The notes below the pieces were generated by a model that saw nothing but the letters and a program-made list of their open reading frames with translations, was not told the DNA's origin and did not search any database. A stretch of 63,604 nt of DNA, the filler included, from Atractiella rhizophila (lineage: Eukaryota): assembly GCA_021432655.1 (NCBI GenBank). It is 3 parts of 3 records of this genome, joined end to end, with 100 filler letters (N's around TTAATTAATTAA, not from the genome) between each part and the next. Parts side by side here need not be neighbours in the genome. Positions count along the whole stretch, not along the records: positions 1 to 26,677 come from MU271757.1; positions 26,778 to 53,439 come from MU271758.1; 1 more part is not named here. One strand, given 5' to 3'. A program made the position numbers and the translations under genes. Below are positions 17,084-28,086 of this stretch, piece by piece. Each line of letters opens with the position of its first letter. The stretch's first letter is position 1.

Positions 17084-19695
17084 TTAGTTAGCGTAAGCGT
17101 GATAAGCAAACATGCCGCTCTCCCTGCCCAAAAATCCTAGTCCATCGAGCAACTCTGGTTTTTGTGAATACCACCCAGTGGTCGTAGGGACGTTTCCATT
17201 CAAGGCGCTGAGCGATAACAGAGCTATCCTTCGTTCATCATCTTCCTTCAGCGGAACAAGGTATCTCCCCTCAGGACCGTCAATGCCCGCAACGCTGATG
17301 TCGACAAGCCAACCTCTCCTGCCCTTCCCCCAAATGACTTTCCAAGTGGGAGGTCCTCCTCGAATGGATGTGAGCGTCGCCTTATCGAGCTCGATGACCC
17401 TCAAATGGGTCTTGCGACCCTCCAAATCATCGCGATCGGCCTTAGGGTTCAGATAGTCCAAAAGAGGTCGCGAACGAGGGGTGGCAGCTTCCTTGATGAG
17501 CTGAGTGAAAAGGGCGAGCACGTCCATCCCCCTGTCATTTCCGAGTCCTCGCCTCGCTGCGTTCGTGCCGATCGGAGGGATGAGCATTGGGCAGCTCCCG
17601 TTTAGATTGAGGACTTCAACGCCCGGCGCGGAGTTGACGAGGTAGCTGGCTACACCGCGGAGCGTAATGTTTCGGCAATGCGCCAGACCGAGTTCAAGCA
17701 GCGAGGGGAGAGTAGGGAGGGCAGCCAGGAGCTCATCTGTTAGTGGTGCAGATGAGAGATCAAGTCTTCGCAGAAGGCTGGATGACAGCATTGGAGAACG
17801 GTCAATGATGGCTGCCAATTCGTTGTGGGCGAGAGGAGAGGGGGTCTGCGGGTCTCCGAAAAGGGCAAAGTCGGTTAGTCTGGAGCAGGTGAGGCCTTCT
17901 CCCCATTCTACGTCTTCCGGTTCCTCCAGCACATTCTTCCGCTCCTCCAGGTCGCCGACAAGGAGCCCTTTGAGCGAGGTAGAGTCCACATTTCGACAAC
18001 GAGACAGGGAAAGAACCTCGAGTCGCATTTTACCCTTTCCTTCTCCTTGCCTCGCTAGGCATTTCAGCAGCTGTCGATTCGCCCTGCATTCTCCAACCAT
18101 CAGCCTACACCGTTTAAAAGAAAGCGGAGCACAGACCTCGTATTACAGAGATCGAGGTGAGTGAGTTCTGGAAACGAAGCGACGAATGGCACCAGGAGGT
18201 CGGGAGAGAGTAGACAATTAAACAGGCCGAGTCTTCTCAGGTGGGGGAAGAGTATTCGATTGAGCTTGAACTCCTCCTTCAAGTCTTCAACCTTCTGATC
18301 AACCAACACTAGCGTTCTGTTCTTGCCATCCTTGCTCAACAAGGCATGGACGTTCCCCATAAGGTTATACCGCTCCACGAACACCCGTAGTCCTTCAACG
18401 AACCTCTCGCTCACACATCCCATCAGATCCAGGGCATCGAGGGGCCTAATCTCGGTTGAGCCTTCAACGGCTTGGACGAAGTCTGCACGCTCTACATGGC
18501 TCTCCATCGTCATCCCATCCTCTCTTCCCATATTCCTCGACACCGCGATCGACGAGCGATACGGGCTTTCATTGAATCTGCTCCGACTCCGACTCTTCGA
18601 CCAAGTCTCGAGAGAGCGCCGCCTGCTTTCGGGCGAGTGAAAGATCGAGCTACCGCCACTGAGCGAGCGAGAGAGGGAGGGGCGTTGAGGTGTGGAAGTG
18701 GAACTGGGATGGCGAGTGCGGGAACGACCACGACGTTCCGGGAGCTCGGATGGCGGAGGAGATGGCGTTGTTGGAGGGGTGTTGGGGGACAAGGGAGGTG
18801 GTGTCGCTGTTCGCGAGGTCAGTCGACGGTATTCTGCGACGTAGCCGCCACGGAGGAGTAGTTCCGAGAGGACAGGAAAGGTGATGGATGAATCCATGTA
18901 TTCTATAAAAATCTTTGGAGTCAACATCGCCTCTTCCTTTGGGGAGGACAGATGAAGCACATACCTGAGAATGCGACAGCTGAAAGACTGCCGGGGCGAA
19001 CCACAAATTCCTTGGCTTCCTCGTCGTCCTCTTCCTCCTCACCTTCGTCCTCCTCCTCCAATCCATCCAGTTCCCACACCGCTTCAGGCTTGACCAACCT
19101 CTTTCCTCCTCTCGTCGATTTTAAGAGCTTGAGCAAGTTGGTTGGGGTCACGAAGCGTTCTGTATTTCCTTGCCCTACGGAGCGACCGAGACCGTGGGAG
19201 CGGAATTCGGAGAAGGAGAGCTGGGATATGTGCAAGGTTGGAGGAGGAAGCGGGAGCGGGAGGGGTGACGGTCAAGCGTGAGAAGTACAGAGTGCATTCC
19301 CTGTGCCGTTGCATTGCTCAGAAGACAATCGAAAAGAGAAGAAAGGAGGCACCCTCGGGTATTTGATGCTCACGAATTCCCACTGATACTTCCTCGCCTC
19401 CAAGAACCAAACTCGACTGCCCAACTCGGTAAGGTGACGGAACGTGCGTTTGACCACTTCGAAGTCGGATGGAGCGAACTCAGTGGCGAGCGGCAGGCGA
19501 CCATTCGGACTGTGGACTGCGATCTTTGGCTGGATGGGCACGAGGGTCGGGTCGATGCCTTGGTTGGCGGTGGGGAGTGCGAGACGGTAAAGGTGATAAC
19601 ATATCAAACTGTGTCATTTTCGATCAATTCCATTCTCAACGACATCCCAGCGTGAAGACTGACCCGACGATGTCTGTAGGGAGACTGACTGCCAT
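17084..19695 (-). CDS. F-box/leucine-rich-repeat (RNI-like) protein
   Basis: Spliced N-terminus MAVSLPTDIVG|LICYHL is F-box-like. LRRs include LTHLDLCNT, LEVLSLSRC, LRRLDLSSAPLTD and LLELGLAHCRNIT. C-terminal WKVIWGKGRRGW...GMFAYHAYAN*. Confidence 0.8.
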
Positions 19696-20968
19696 TTACA
19701 CTCGATCTCCTTGGCGAGTTGGACAAAAACGATTTATGTTTGAGATGACGTTGACTTTGACAACTTCTGGCGGAAAGTGCGACCAGAGGCGAGGGTTATA
19801 TAGGCCGCGCTGGGTGAAAGAGAAGGCGAGGCTGATGCAATCGAACGCAAGGAAGGTGTCACGAGGGCGTTAGGACGTACAAGGGAGGTGGTGTCGCTGT
19901 TCGCGAGGTCAGTCGACGGTATTCTGCGACGTAGCCGCCACGGAGGAGTAGTTCCGAGAGGACAGGAAAGGTGATGGATGAATCCATGTATTCTATAAAA
20001 ATCTTTGGAGTCAACATCGCCTCTTCCTTTGGGGAGGACAGATGAAGCACATACCTGAGAATGCGACAGCTGAAAGACTGCCGGGGCGAACCACAAATTC
20101 CTTGGCTTCCTCGTCGTCCTCTTCCTCCTCACCTTCGTCCTCCTCCTCCAATCCATCCAGTTCCCACACCGCTTCAGGCTTGACCAACCTCTTTCCTCCT
20201 CTCGTCGATTTTAAGAGCTTGAGCAAGTTGGTTGGGGTCACGAAGCGTTCTGTATTTCCTTGCCCTACGGAGCGACCGAGACCGTGGGAGCGGAATTCGG
20301 AGAAGGAGAGCTGGGATATGTGCAAGGTTGGAGGAGGAAGCGGGAGCGGGAGGGGTGACGGTCAAGCGTGAGAAGTACAGAGTGCATTCCCTGTGCCGTT
20401 GCATTGCTCAGAAGACAATCGAAAAGAGAAGAAAGGAGGCACCCTCGGGTATTTGATGCTCACGAATTCCCACTGATACTTCCTCGCCTCCAAGAACCAA
20501 ACTCGACTGCCCAACTCGGTAAGGTGACGGAACGTGCGTTTGACCACTTCGAAGTCGGATGGAGCGAACTCAGTGGCGAGCGGCAGGCGACCATTCGGAC
20601 TGTGGACTGCGATCTTTGGCTGGATGGGCACGAGGGTCGGGTCGATGCCTTGGTTGGCGGTGGGGAGTGCGAGACGGTAAAGGTGATAACATATCAAACT
20701 GTGTCATTTTCGATCAATTCCATTCTCAACGACATCCCAGCGTGAAGACTGACCCGACGATGTCTGTAGGGAGACTGACTGCCATTTACACTCGATCTCC
20801 TTGGCGAGTTGGACAAAAACGATTTATGTTTGAGATGACGTTGACTTTGACAACTTCTGGCGGAAAGTGCGACCAGAGGCGAGGGTTATATAGGCCGCGC
20901 TGGGTGAAAGAGAAGGCGAGGCTGATGCAATCGAACGCAAGGAAGGTGTCACGAGGGCGTTAGGACGT
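18789..20968. repeat. Direct tandem duplication, 2 x 1090 bp (18789-19878 / 19879-20968)
   Basis: Sequence and ORF track repeat with an exact 1090-bp offset. Junction reads ...TAGGACGT|ACAAGGGAGG... Confidence 0.97.
19859..20785 (-). pseudogene. Truncated duplicate of the 5' part of the F-box/LRR gene
   Basis: Same ATG and exons as the 19695 copy, shifted by 1090 bp. The frame ends TATPPPL|YVLTPS* at the duplication junction, before the LRRs. Confidence 0.75.
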
Positions 20969-21322
20969 GCAGATTCGTCGACTCTTTCTGTCGGACGCAC
21001 GCGAAACGAAGCCTCAGGCGGGGGCGTAGTCACCTGACCGCCATCCCCACGATCTCTGGTTTTGCCTTCCCGCATTGTCGTGCAGAACACGTTGATGTCG
21101 ATTTGGACGCGTTTGTGTTCTTATTCGCGGTTGGATCTCGCTTTATTGTCAGACGCTGAGGAGCTTCGGCTGTGCGTAGGTGTCGGCCTCAGACTGCACT
21201 GGACTGGAACTACAACCGTGGAACAAATAATTAATCGCCTTCCCCAAAATAGGATTTTAATTGTCGTTCTTACTATAAAGCCTTGCACAGAATCGTTGGG
21301 AGGGAGACTGGGGAGCACAAGA

Positions 21323-22267
21323 ATGGAGGAAGCCTGGGAAGAAGCATCTACGAGCTACACTCCGTATTATTGCGAAGGCAGGTTCATTCTTGTCCTTCCC
21401 CCCATCTGGTATGTTGACTCCTTCGGAATTTGAACTCAATCAGAAAACGTTTACAACTTCCTCCATCTCATTCACCGTCAGAAGTTGGTCGGCGAATCAT
21501 ACGCCATCTTTATCTCCAATGAAGCCCAGCAATCACTGCTCTTCAATCAAAAGATCTCGCAACGTCCAGACCAATCGAGTTGGGTCATTTGGGTAAGTCG
21601 CCGTTACTCTTTCCTCCTTTAGAACAGGCAATGAACACGCTTGATCAGGATTACCATGTCGTCACGCTCACTCGCACTTCCCCCGAGCAGGAGTTCGTGA
21701 TATGGGATCGAGATTCGCTGCTTGATTCTCCGATTTCTTTCTCCCGTGTGTCCTTCCTGTATTCCCGTTCATTTCAGAACATCAGCTGACCTCGAATCTA
21801 GGATGGATAGCGTCGACTTTCTCTCCAGCGACACCGCCAGACTACAAAAGGTAGAATTTCTCCTTCCGCTTCCCTCCTGCGCACAATTGATCGCCTGGCG
21901 TATCGGTTGGTGAAGCTCGTTTCGAATAGTGCCTTCATCCTTCTTCCTCGCCTACTTCTCATCCGACCGCTCACACATGTTGCCTACGACCAACACCATT
22001 TCCAACAGCAGCAGTTCCTCCTCCGTCTCGTCGCATTCAGCCCCAAACCCACCTCTCAGCGTTACAATGCCGACACCGCGTCCTCCACAATATCCACCGA
22101 TCCGAGGAGAGAAGGCGAGGACAAAGCATGAGTTGTTCGAGAAGTATATATCCATGGTACAAGTGGAAGGGCAGAGGGAGTACGGCCAGGTTTTCGAATT
22201 CGAGCTGTTCTGTGAGCGGCCAGAGAAGTGTTTGCAGACCGTGCGAGCTCATGGTTGGGTCGAATGA
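21323..22267 (+). CDS. NTAQ1: Protein N-terminal glutamine amidohydrolase (WDYHV1/NTAQ1, N-degron pathway)
   Basis: Spliced motifs YTPYYCE|ENVY, VIW|DYHV, WDRDSLL and FSSDRSHM. Catalytic Cys/His/Asp are present. Confidence 0.92.
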
Positions 22268-22799
22268 TCAGGTTCGTCCACCAGACGCTTTTTTAACGCC
22301 TTGTGCGCTTGGACATATGTACCTAAAGGAAAAGAAAATGTATAGTCATCTGTGTATCTTCAGGAGTTACAATCTACTGGCTTCCGAGCAGCAGGGAAGG
22401 CGGAGGAGGGATTAGATCCGTAGCCGTAATGTTAAGGACGCGGAGGCTTGCCATCCTGAGGCGTTTGAAACCACATATTTCGAGAATAAGTTAATGCTGG
22501 TAACTTGCAGCGAAGTGCGTGCTAGAAGCCAATCTCCACTGCATCGCAGTGAGAGCATCCAGATGACCTGAGCCCTATTGTAATACCTCCCTTTCTATGG
22601 AACGGACGACAGCTCTCGATTGGACGGAACTCGTGTCCATCGGGAAAACAAAGGCCTCCGCCCAGCGTCTAGCAGCCGGGACCGCAGAAGACCGTCGAGA
22701 GACTATTCCAACGAGTCGTCAAAACCCAGCTACGAACTGACGACACCGACCCCTCCTTCGCTTCAGCTCGTTCCGCTACCTACTTCTACCCACCCTACG

Positions 22800-24000
22800 A
22801 TGACTGAGCGAACCAGCTCCCATCATCTCCAACAACCTCCTTTTCCTGCTCCCTTAACTGACTATTCCATAGAAACTTACTAAGGGTCTCATATTTACTC
22901 CCTGCTTGGACAAGACTCTCCCTTAGGTAGCGCTCCGGCCAACTTCAACCACCAGCAAAAGAGAGCGACTGGCTAGTAGTTTGCAATACGTTATTAGGAG
23001 GTACGTCTACAGCGCACACATTTAGCTCGACGTCTATACATTCCTGCGTTTCCACACACAGTTTGGCCGATGAAAAACCTCTGATTACCCATTGACGGTA
23101 AACACGGATGCGGACGAGCGCTATACTGAACCGTAAGTGAATGTGATCGTCAACGGTTAAAGGACGGTAGAGGGTCTTTTAACAGCGCTTGCTGCTCTAT
23201 CTATCTAACGTTCCTACACAACAAGACGCCGACCACTACGCACTCCTTATTGTCTAGAAACAACGGGAACGGGAACACTACACCTAAACGGGCAGACCCT
23301 ACTTTGGGCCGAACGAAGGTCTCTTGACCGTCTCCCCNNNNNNNNNNNNNNNNNNNNNNNNNNNNNNNNNNNNNNNNNNNNNNNNNNNNNNNNNNNNNNN
23401 NNNNNNNNNNNNNNNNNNNNNNNNNNNNNNNNNNNNNNNNNNNNNNNNNNNNNNNNNNNNNNNNNNNNNNNNNNNNNNNNNNNNNNNNNNNNNNNNNNNN
23501 NNNNNNNNNNNNNNNNNNNNNNNNNNNNNNNNNNNNNNNNNNNNNNNNNNNNNNNNNNNNNNNNNNNNNNNNNNNNNNNNNNNNNNNNNNNNNNNNNNNN
23601 NNNNNNNNNNNNNNNNNNNNNNNNNNNNNNNNNNNNNNNNNNNNTCCTCTTCTTACAAGCTACAAGCTACCAGGAGGCATTTTATGGAAACCTTCTTCTA
23701 TAGTGAGTTCTACTAAGGGGCTATTCAGGGAGTTCCTACCCGCTGAGCCTAAATGTTGAATATACACGGTGGTAGTTGAAAGTCAGTTCGTCCATCACGA
23801 GCCAAGTCAACGTTCCCCATAAGCAAAAGTTGTGGAGTCAATAGTTAGAGTTACTAGAGTTTGACAAAGCACCGAGGCTCCATAAGTCACTTGTAGTTAG
23901 CCATTAGACACTTTAACAACGACTTCTATAGAACTTACGTTAATACTAAAACATGTCCTCAAAACTGTTCTGTTTGCTTTATATACGCTCTGTCTCAACC
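22800..24000. mobile_element. Possible degenerate repeat/transposon relic spanning an assembly gap (N 23338-23644)
   Basis: Gene-free, visibly TpA/stop-codon-rich sequence on both sides of the gap. No transposase or RT motif recognised. Confidence 0.25.
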
Positions 24001-24035
24001 GTGTCTCTCCTAGTTACGTTATATTGAACCACATG

Positions 24036-25366
24036 TTAGAGTGTTCTTGGCAATACGATGGTCGAGCAAACTCCTTGTTCGATAATAAAATCCAAGACAT
24101 GTATCAAATAAGTGATTGAAGCGATCGTCGAGTCCTTTGCATCAAGCCACAAACATAGGTCGTCCTTTCTCATCGCACCAAATGAGGGCGATTCCGTCAC
24201 CAATACCTTCCCCTTCCACTCAGTCGTTCCTAAAAAACACATCGAACAAGGAAATACTCACAACGTTCCGAATCGTCCGGCTTATTAGTGATTTCCTTCA
24301 TAGCTTCCCTCACGGCGAGTGCTACCGGACCATCACACCAGACCCTTAGATGGTCACCCCAATTCCGAATGGCTTGCTGCTTCTGCTCCCGAGTGGTGTA
24401 ACTTTCTTGACTGTGAAGAGAACTATCGGGTTCGAGGGGGCTTGGAGCTGAGGATGGCGCAAAGAATGCTTGAATCACAATGTGACCCATCTGAACAATA
24501 GAACTTACATCAGACTTGACTGAGAACGGAGGGAGGAGAAGACGCACTCTTCCCGTGTTTGCTACTTTGCACATCATCCGATGAAAGCCGTAGAGTCTCC
24601 TATTCGTCCATTCGAGATTCGAGAACTGGTTCGGAACGCTGAGATTGGTGGATTTGGTCTGGTTCGAGTTCTGACTGTCTCCCCTCGAGGATAGGACCCG
24701 CGGCCAGGTTGGGATGCTGGCCCTGCTGACCGGGAGTCGGTTGAGAGGAGGCGGGAGGTAGACCGGAATGAGCCAGAAACCGCGGTGGTGTTCCCCAAGC
24801 CGTTTTCGGAGCGGATTGTTGTAGAGTTCGGACGGTGTGAGGAGAGTGTGTAGAATTGGAGCTTGAGGGAGGTCGCGCAGGGGGGAATGACTGAGTTCGA
24901 CAGGCACAACTGGGTAAAAGTACGGCGCGGGAATGATAGACGCCAACTTGCCACTACCTCTTGCTTGCTCGTTCTCTGCGTCTAGATTCCGATCCTTTAC
25001 TGGCGGTAGCTCTACCACCGCTGGTTCCTGGAGTGTCCACTCCCGAACAGTCCTTTTCTGAGGCACGACCACGACTGAATGCTTATGCTCGAACGACGGG
25101 AGCCGAGGAGGGGTGGGAGGAAGTGGATGGGTGATCAACCATTCGGAAAAGTCTGCTTTTGCTGGTGGGTTGACATTGTACCGAAACGAAGGAAGCGTAG
25201 AGTCGCCCTCTGGCGGCGGATCGTCATATTCATGCGTCTTCGCCCAAGTCGAAGGCGCTCGAGCGCGTCGAACGAGCGCGAATGTCGCGTTCTTGTCCAT
25301 TGACCCAGCTTCTCCTGCTCCTGATATGACACGTACTTTCATGTTCCCCCAATTGCCACCTTGCAC
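24036..25366 (-). CDS. Hypothetical protein (Pro-rich middle; C-terminal WGDHLRVWCDGPVALAVRE)
   Basis: 378-aa ORF plus a short downstream exon, head-to-head with SCC3. The exact start and end are uncertain. Confidence 0.6.
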
Positions 25367-25562
25367 AGTCTTCCAGTGATAAGTCCGAGCCTTTTATGCC
25401 TTTTCCCAATGGGAATACAAGAAAACAGAAATGACTTGCACAAGGCTAAAGCGAGTCAAGAGGACAAAGGTGGAAAAGCGGAGGCATGTTGATGTACGTT
25501 GATGACGCACCGAAGTCAAAGCACACAAACCAACAGAAACCACCATTTCTAACCAATTGGCA

Positions 25563-26677
25563 ATGCCTCCTCGACGCTCAGCTCGCACAAAGGCACCTAC
25601 GAACTATAAGGATCCTCCAGCACCGGCAGAGGACGAAAGCGGTAGGCTTTAATACGCGTTGTTAAACTATTTTGACGCGTCTTTAGAGCTCTCCTCTGTC
25701 GAGGACACGGACGACGCCGGGGTTGATAGTGACAAAGAGGAGGAATATGTTGCTAAAAAGCCAACACCAAAGAATAGGGCGAAGAAGCCTGCTGCTCCAA
25801 AAAAGGGTGGAGGTGGAGGAAGGAAAAAGAAAGCAGTCATTGGTGGTGTGGATCTCCGCATTGAATCAGATAACCAGTTATGGAGTAAGTCTATCTCTTC
25901 CTCGTTGGAAAGGTGGGTTGAGATTGGCATTGTGAAGACGCCGTGGCTTCTACCAATGCTTCAATTAATTCGGTTGTTGAAGATTGGGTATCCGCTTTCC
26001 AGTCAGAAGAGGACGAAGAGGGAGAGGCAATGTCTGTGCTCATCAACTTTGTTCTGCGCGTCCGTCTTTCCCTGGTTAGCCCTGTCGCGACACGTGTGTT
26101 GAATACAGGATATAGTGTTGCGGCTGCAATGGAGTGGTGGATCGCTACGAGGCTATCGACGTGGACGGGATAGTGGACAAGCTGGACGACATCCAGACTG
26201 CTCATATGGCTGCTCCAGACCTTGGATATCCGCTTATACACAAAAAGCCGCCGCTCTCCAAAGTCCTCCGCCCAAATCTGACCGAGTTCTTCAACACGCT
26301 GCTCGAGACACTCCACTCCACGGACCTCCTTCACACGACGCAATTCATTGACACCTTCTCACCCTGGCTCGTCTCTCTCTCCTCGTCCAGGCTCCGGAGT
26401 TTCAGACATACGTCTACCTTCCTCGCTCTTCTGTTCGTCCAAGCATTGTGTAGTGTGGGAGAAGAGGTAGGAGGAGAGCTCAGGAAGGCGAGCGTGGCGA
26501 GAGAGAATGAACAGAAGAGGTTAGAGGGAATGAGGGGGAAGAAGGACAAGGGTCGGTTGAGAGAGTTTGAAAAAAGAGCTGAAGAAGCGGATCAAAGGAA
26601 GGAGAAGATTGAGGAGGCATGTAAAGACATATTTCATGGGTTCGTCCACGCCTCCTTCCCTGAAATCTTGATGCTGA
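25563..26677 (+). CDS. SCC3: Cohesin subunit Scc3/Psc3/STAG, 5' part (cut by scaffold end)
   Basis: LINFVLR..GC, YPL, and the STAG-domain motif WLVSLSSSRLRSFRHTSTFLAL. Runs into the N spacer. Confidence 0.88.
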
Positions 26678-26777
26678 NNNNNNNNNNNNNNNNNNNNNNN
26701 NNNNNNNNNNNNNNNNNNNNNTTAATTAATTAANNNNNNNNNNNNNNNNNNNNNNNNNNNNNNNNNNNNNNNNNNNN
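26678..26777. other. Artificial scaffold spacer (N44-TTAATTAATTAA-N44, six-frame stop linker)
   Basis: Exactly 100 bp; an identical spacer occurs at 53440-53539. Confidence 0.97.
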
Positions 26778-28086
26778 CTTCTGGCGATGGCGAGTGCGAC
26801 CGTGAGTGGGAGGGAGTGGCCGGCAGACGGAGGGAGGAGGCGAGCGAGTTCATGCTGAGGCTCTGGTGGCTCCGTACAGCGTAGCGTAGTGGCGAAAGTA
26901 GTGGAGTAGCAAGGTGAATAAGGGTAGAAAGGTAGAAATAGGGAGATGAAGATGGTGGTCCTGTTGAAAGAGATCAGAAAACACGTTCACTCAATCAAGC
27001 ACCAACACGCACAAGTATTACTAACAACCAATCCAATCTAACCGAATCTGCATCTATGCTGGGCAATCGCGAGTTGGGCAATCTATCAGGACAGCAGTTG
27101 GGTCGAGAGTTGGGTCGCAGAGGCGATCGTTTATGTACCAGTGGGGAAGCAAACAATGGTGCGTTGGGGCGAACGGCTCGGAGGTCAAGTGATGGAGGTT
27201 GGGGTGCGTGACCACAGATTTCCTTTCCTCCATCATGCTCTCTCTCTCCGTCTCCGTCTGACCATCGGTCGGTCAAAGACCTTGAGGGAGGACAGGGGTT
27301 TTATTCTCCCCTGCAATGTCATGTTATAGTGACCATTGAATGCTCGGGTTTCATAAAGAGGATGCACTGTTTCATTTTACGAGTCCCCCTGTATTATTTA
27401 TTGTCTTCTGCAACGAGCAAGGCCGTATCCACTACAATTCCAACGGTGAGACTCCGACTTGTCCAGCTCGCATAGCTATATAGTAGTTCACAAGCAATCA
27501 GAAGTCTTTAGCATTCACTAATGTCTGTCTATATTGGTTGCATCAGGGGAAGGATGCGACTTCTTATGAGCAGGAAACGATCAACTTGATGTGACTGTTG
27601 GAGAGATTGTTGAGATTTGTGGCAATGCTAACCGAATGAAGTGCTATGCTATGAAACCCATGCAACTCATTCTGTACTTGCGAGGTGATTTCCATAGTTG
27701 TCGATTGTTCATCCCAAGCATCAATCGACAGAAGTGCATGGACTAGAGTAAGTTTAACTGAGACCAGTCGGTCCGATAATATCTGTTTGTTCGTAACAGA
27801 AATGAGTTACCACAGAACGTTCACGTTGCCGAGGCTATGGCGTTAAAGGGCAATGTCATGGTATTTACCCTCTCATTTTGTGGTCGTGCGCAAACGGCAA
27901 TGGTTTAGGAAATTTGCTCATGTCAATAAGTGGATAGATACCAACAAATTTATGCTTTCCATATTATTTGGCATATTCGCAACAGTTGAGTCAGAAGAAT
28001 TCAAACAATCCTACAGAACAACCTTCAGCACTTGTCATTCTTCCTCACAATACATCTTTGTAAATAGTCAGAGTACCGTCCATATT

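Noticed and set aside
26722..26733. TTAATTAATTAA palindrome (also 53484-53495) as a biological site
   Set aside because: Centred in identical 100-bp N spacers. It is a six-frame stop linker joining scaffolds, so gene neighbourhoods across it are meaningless.
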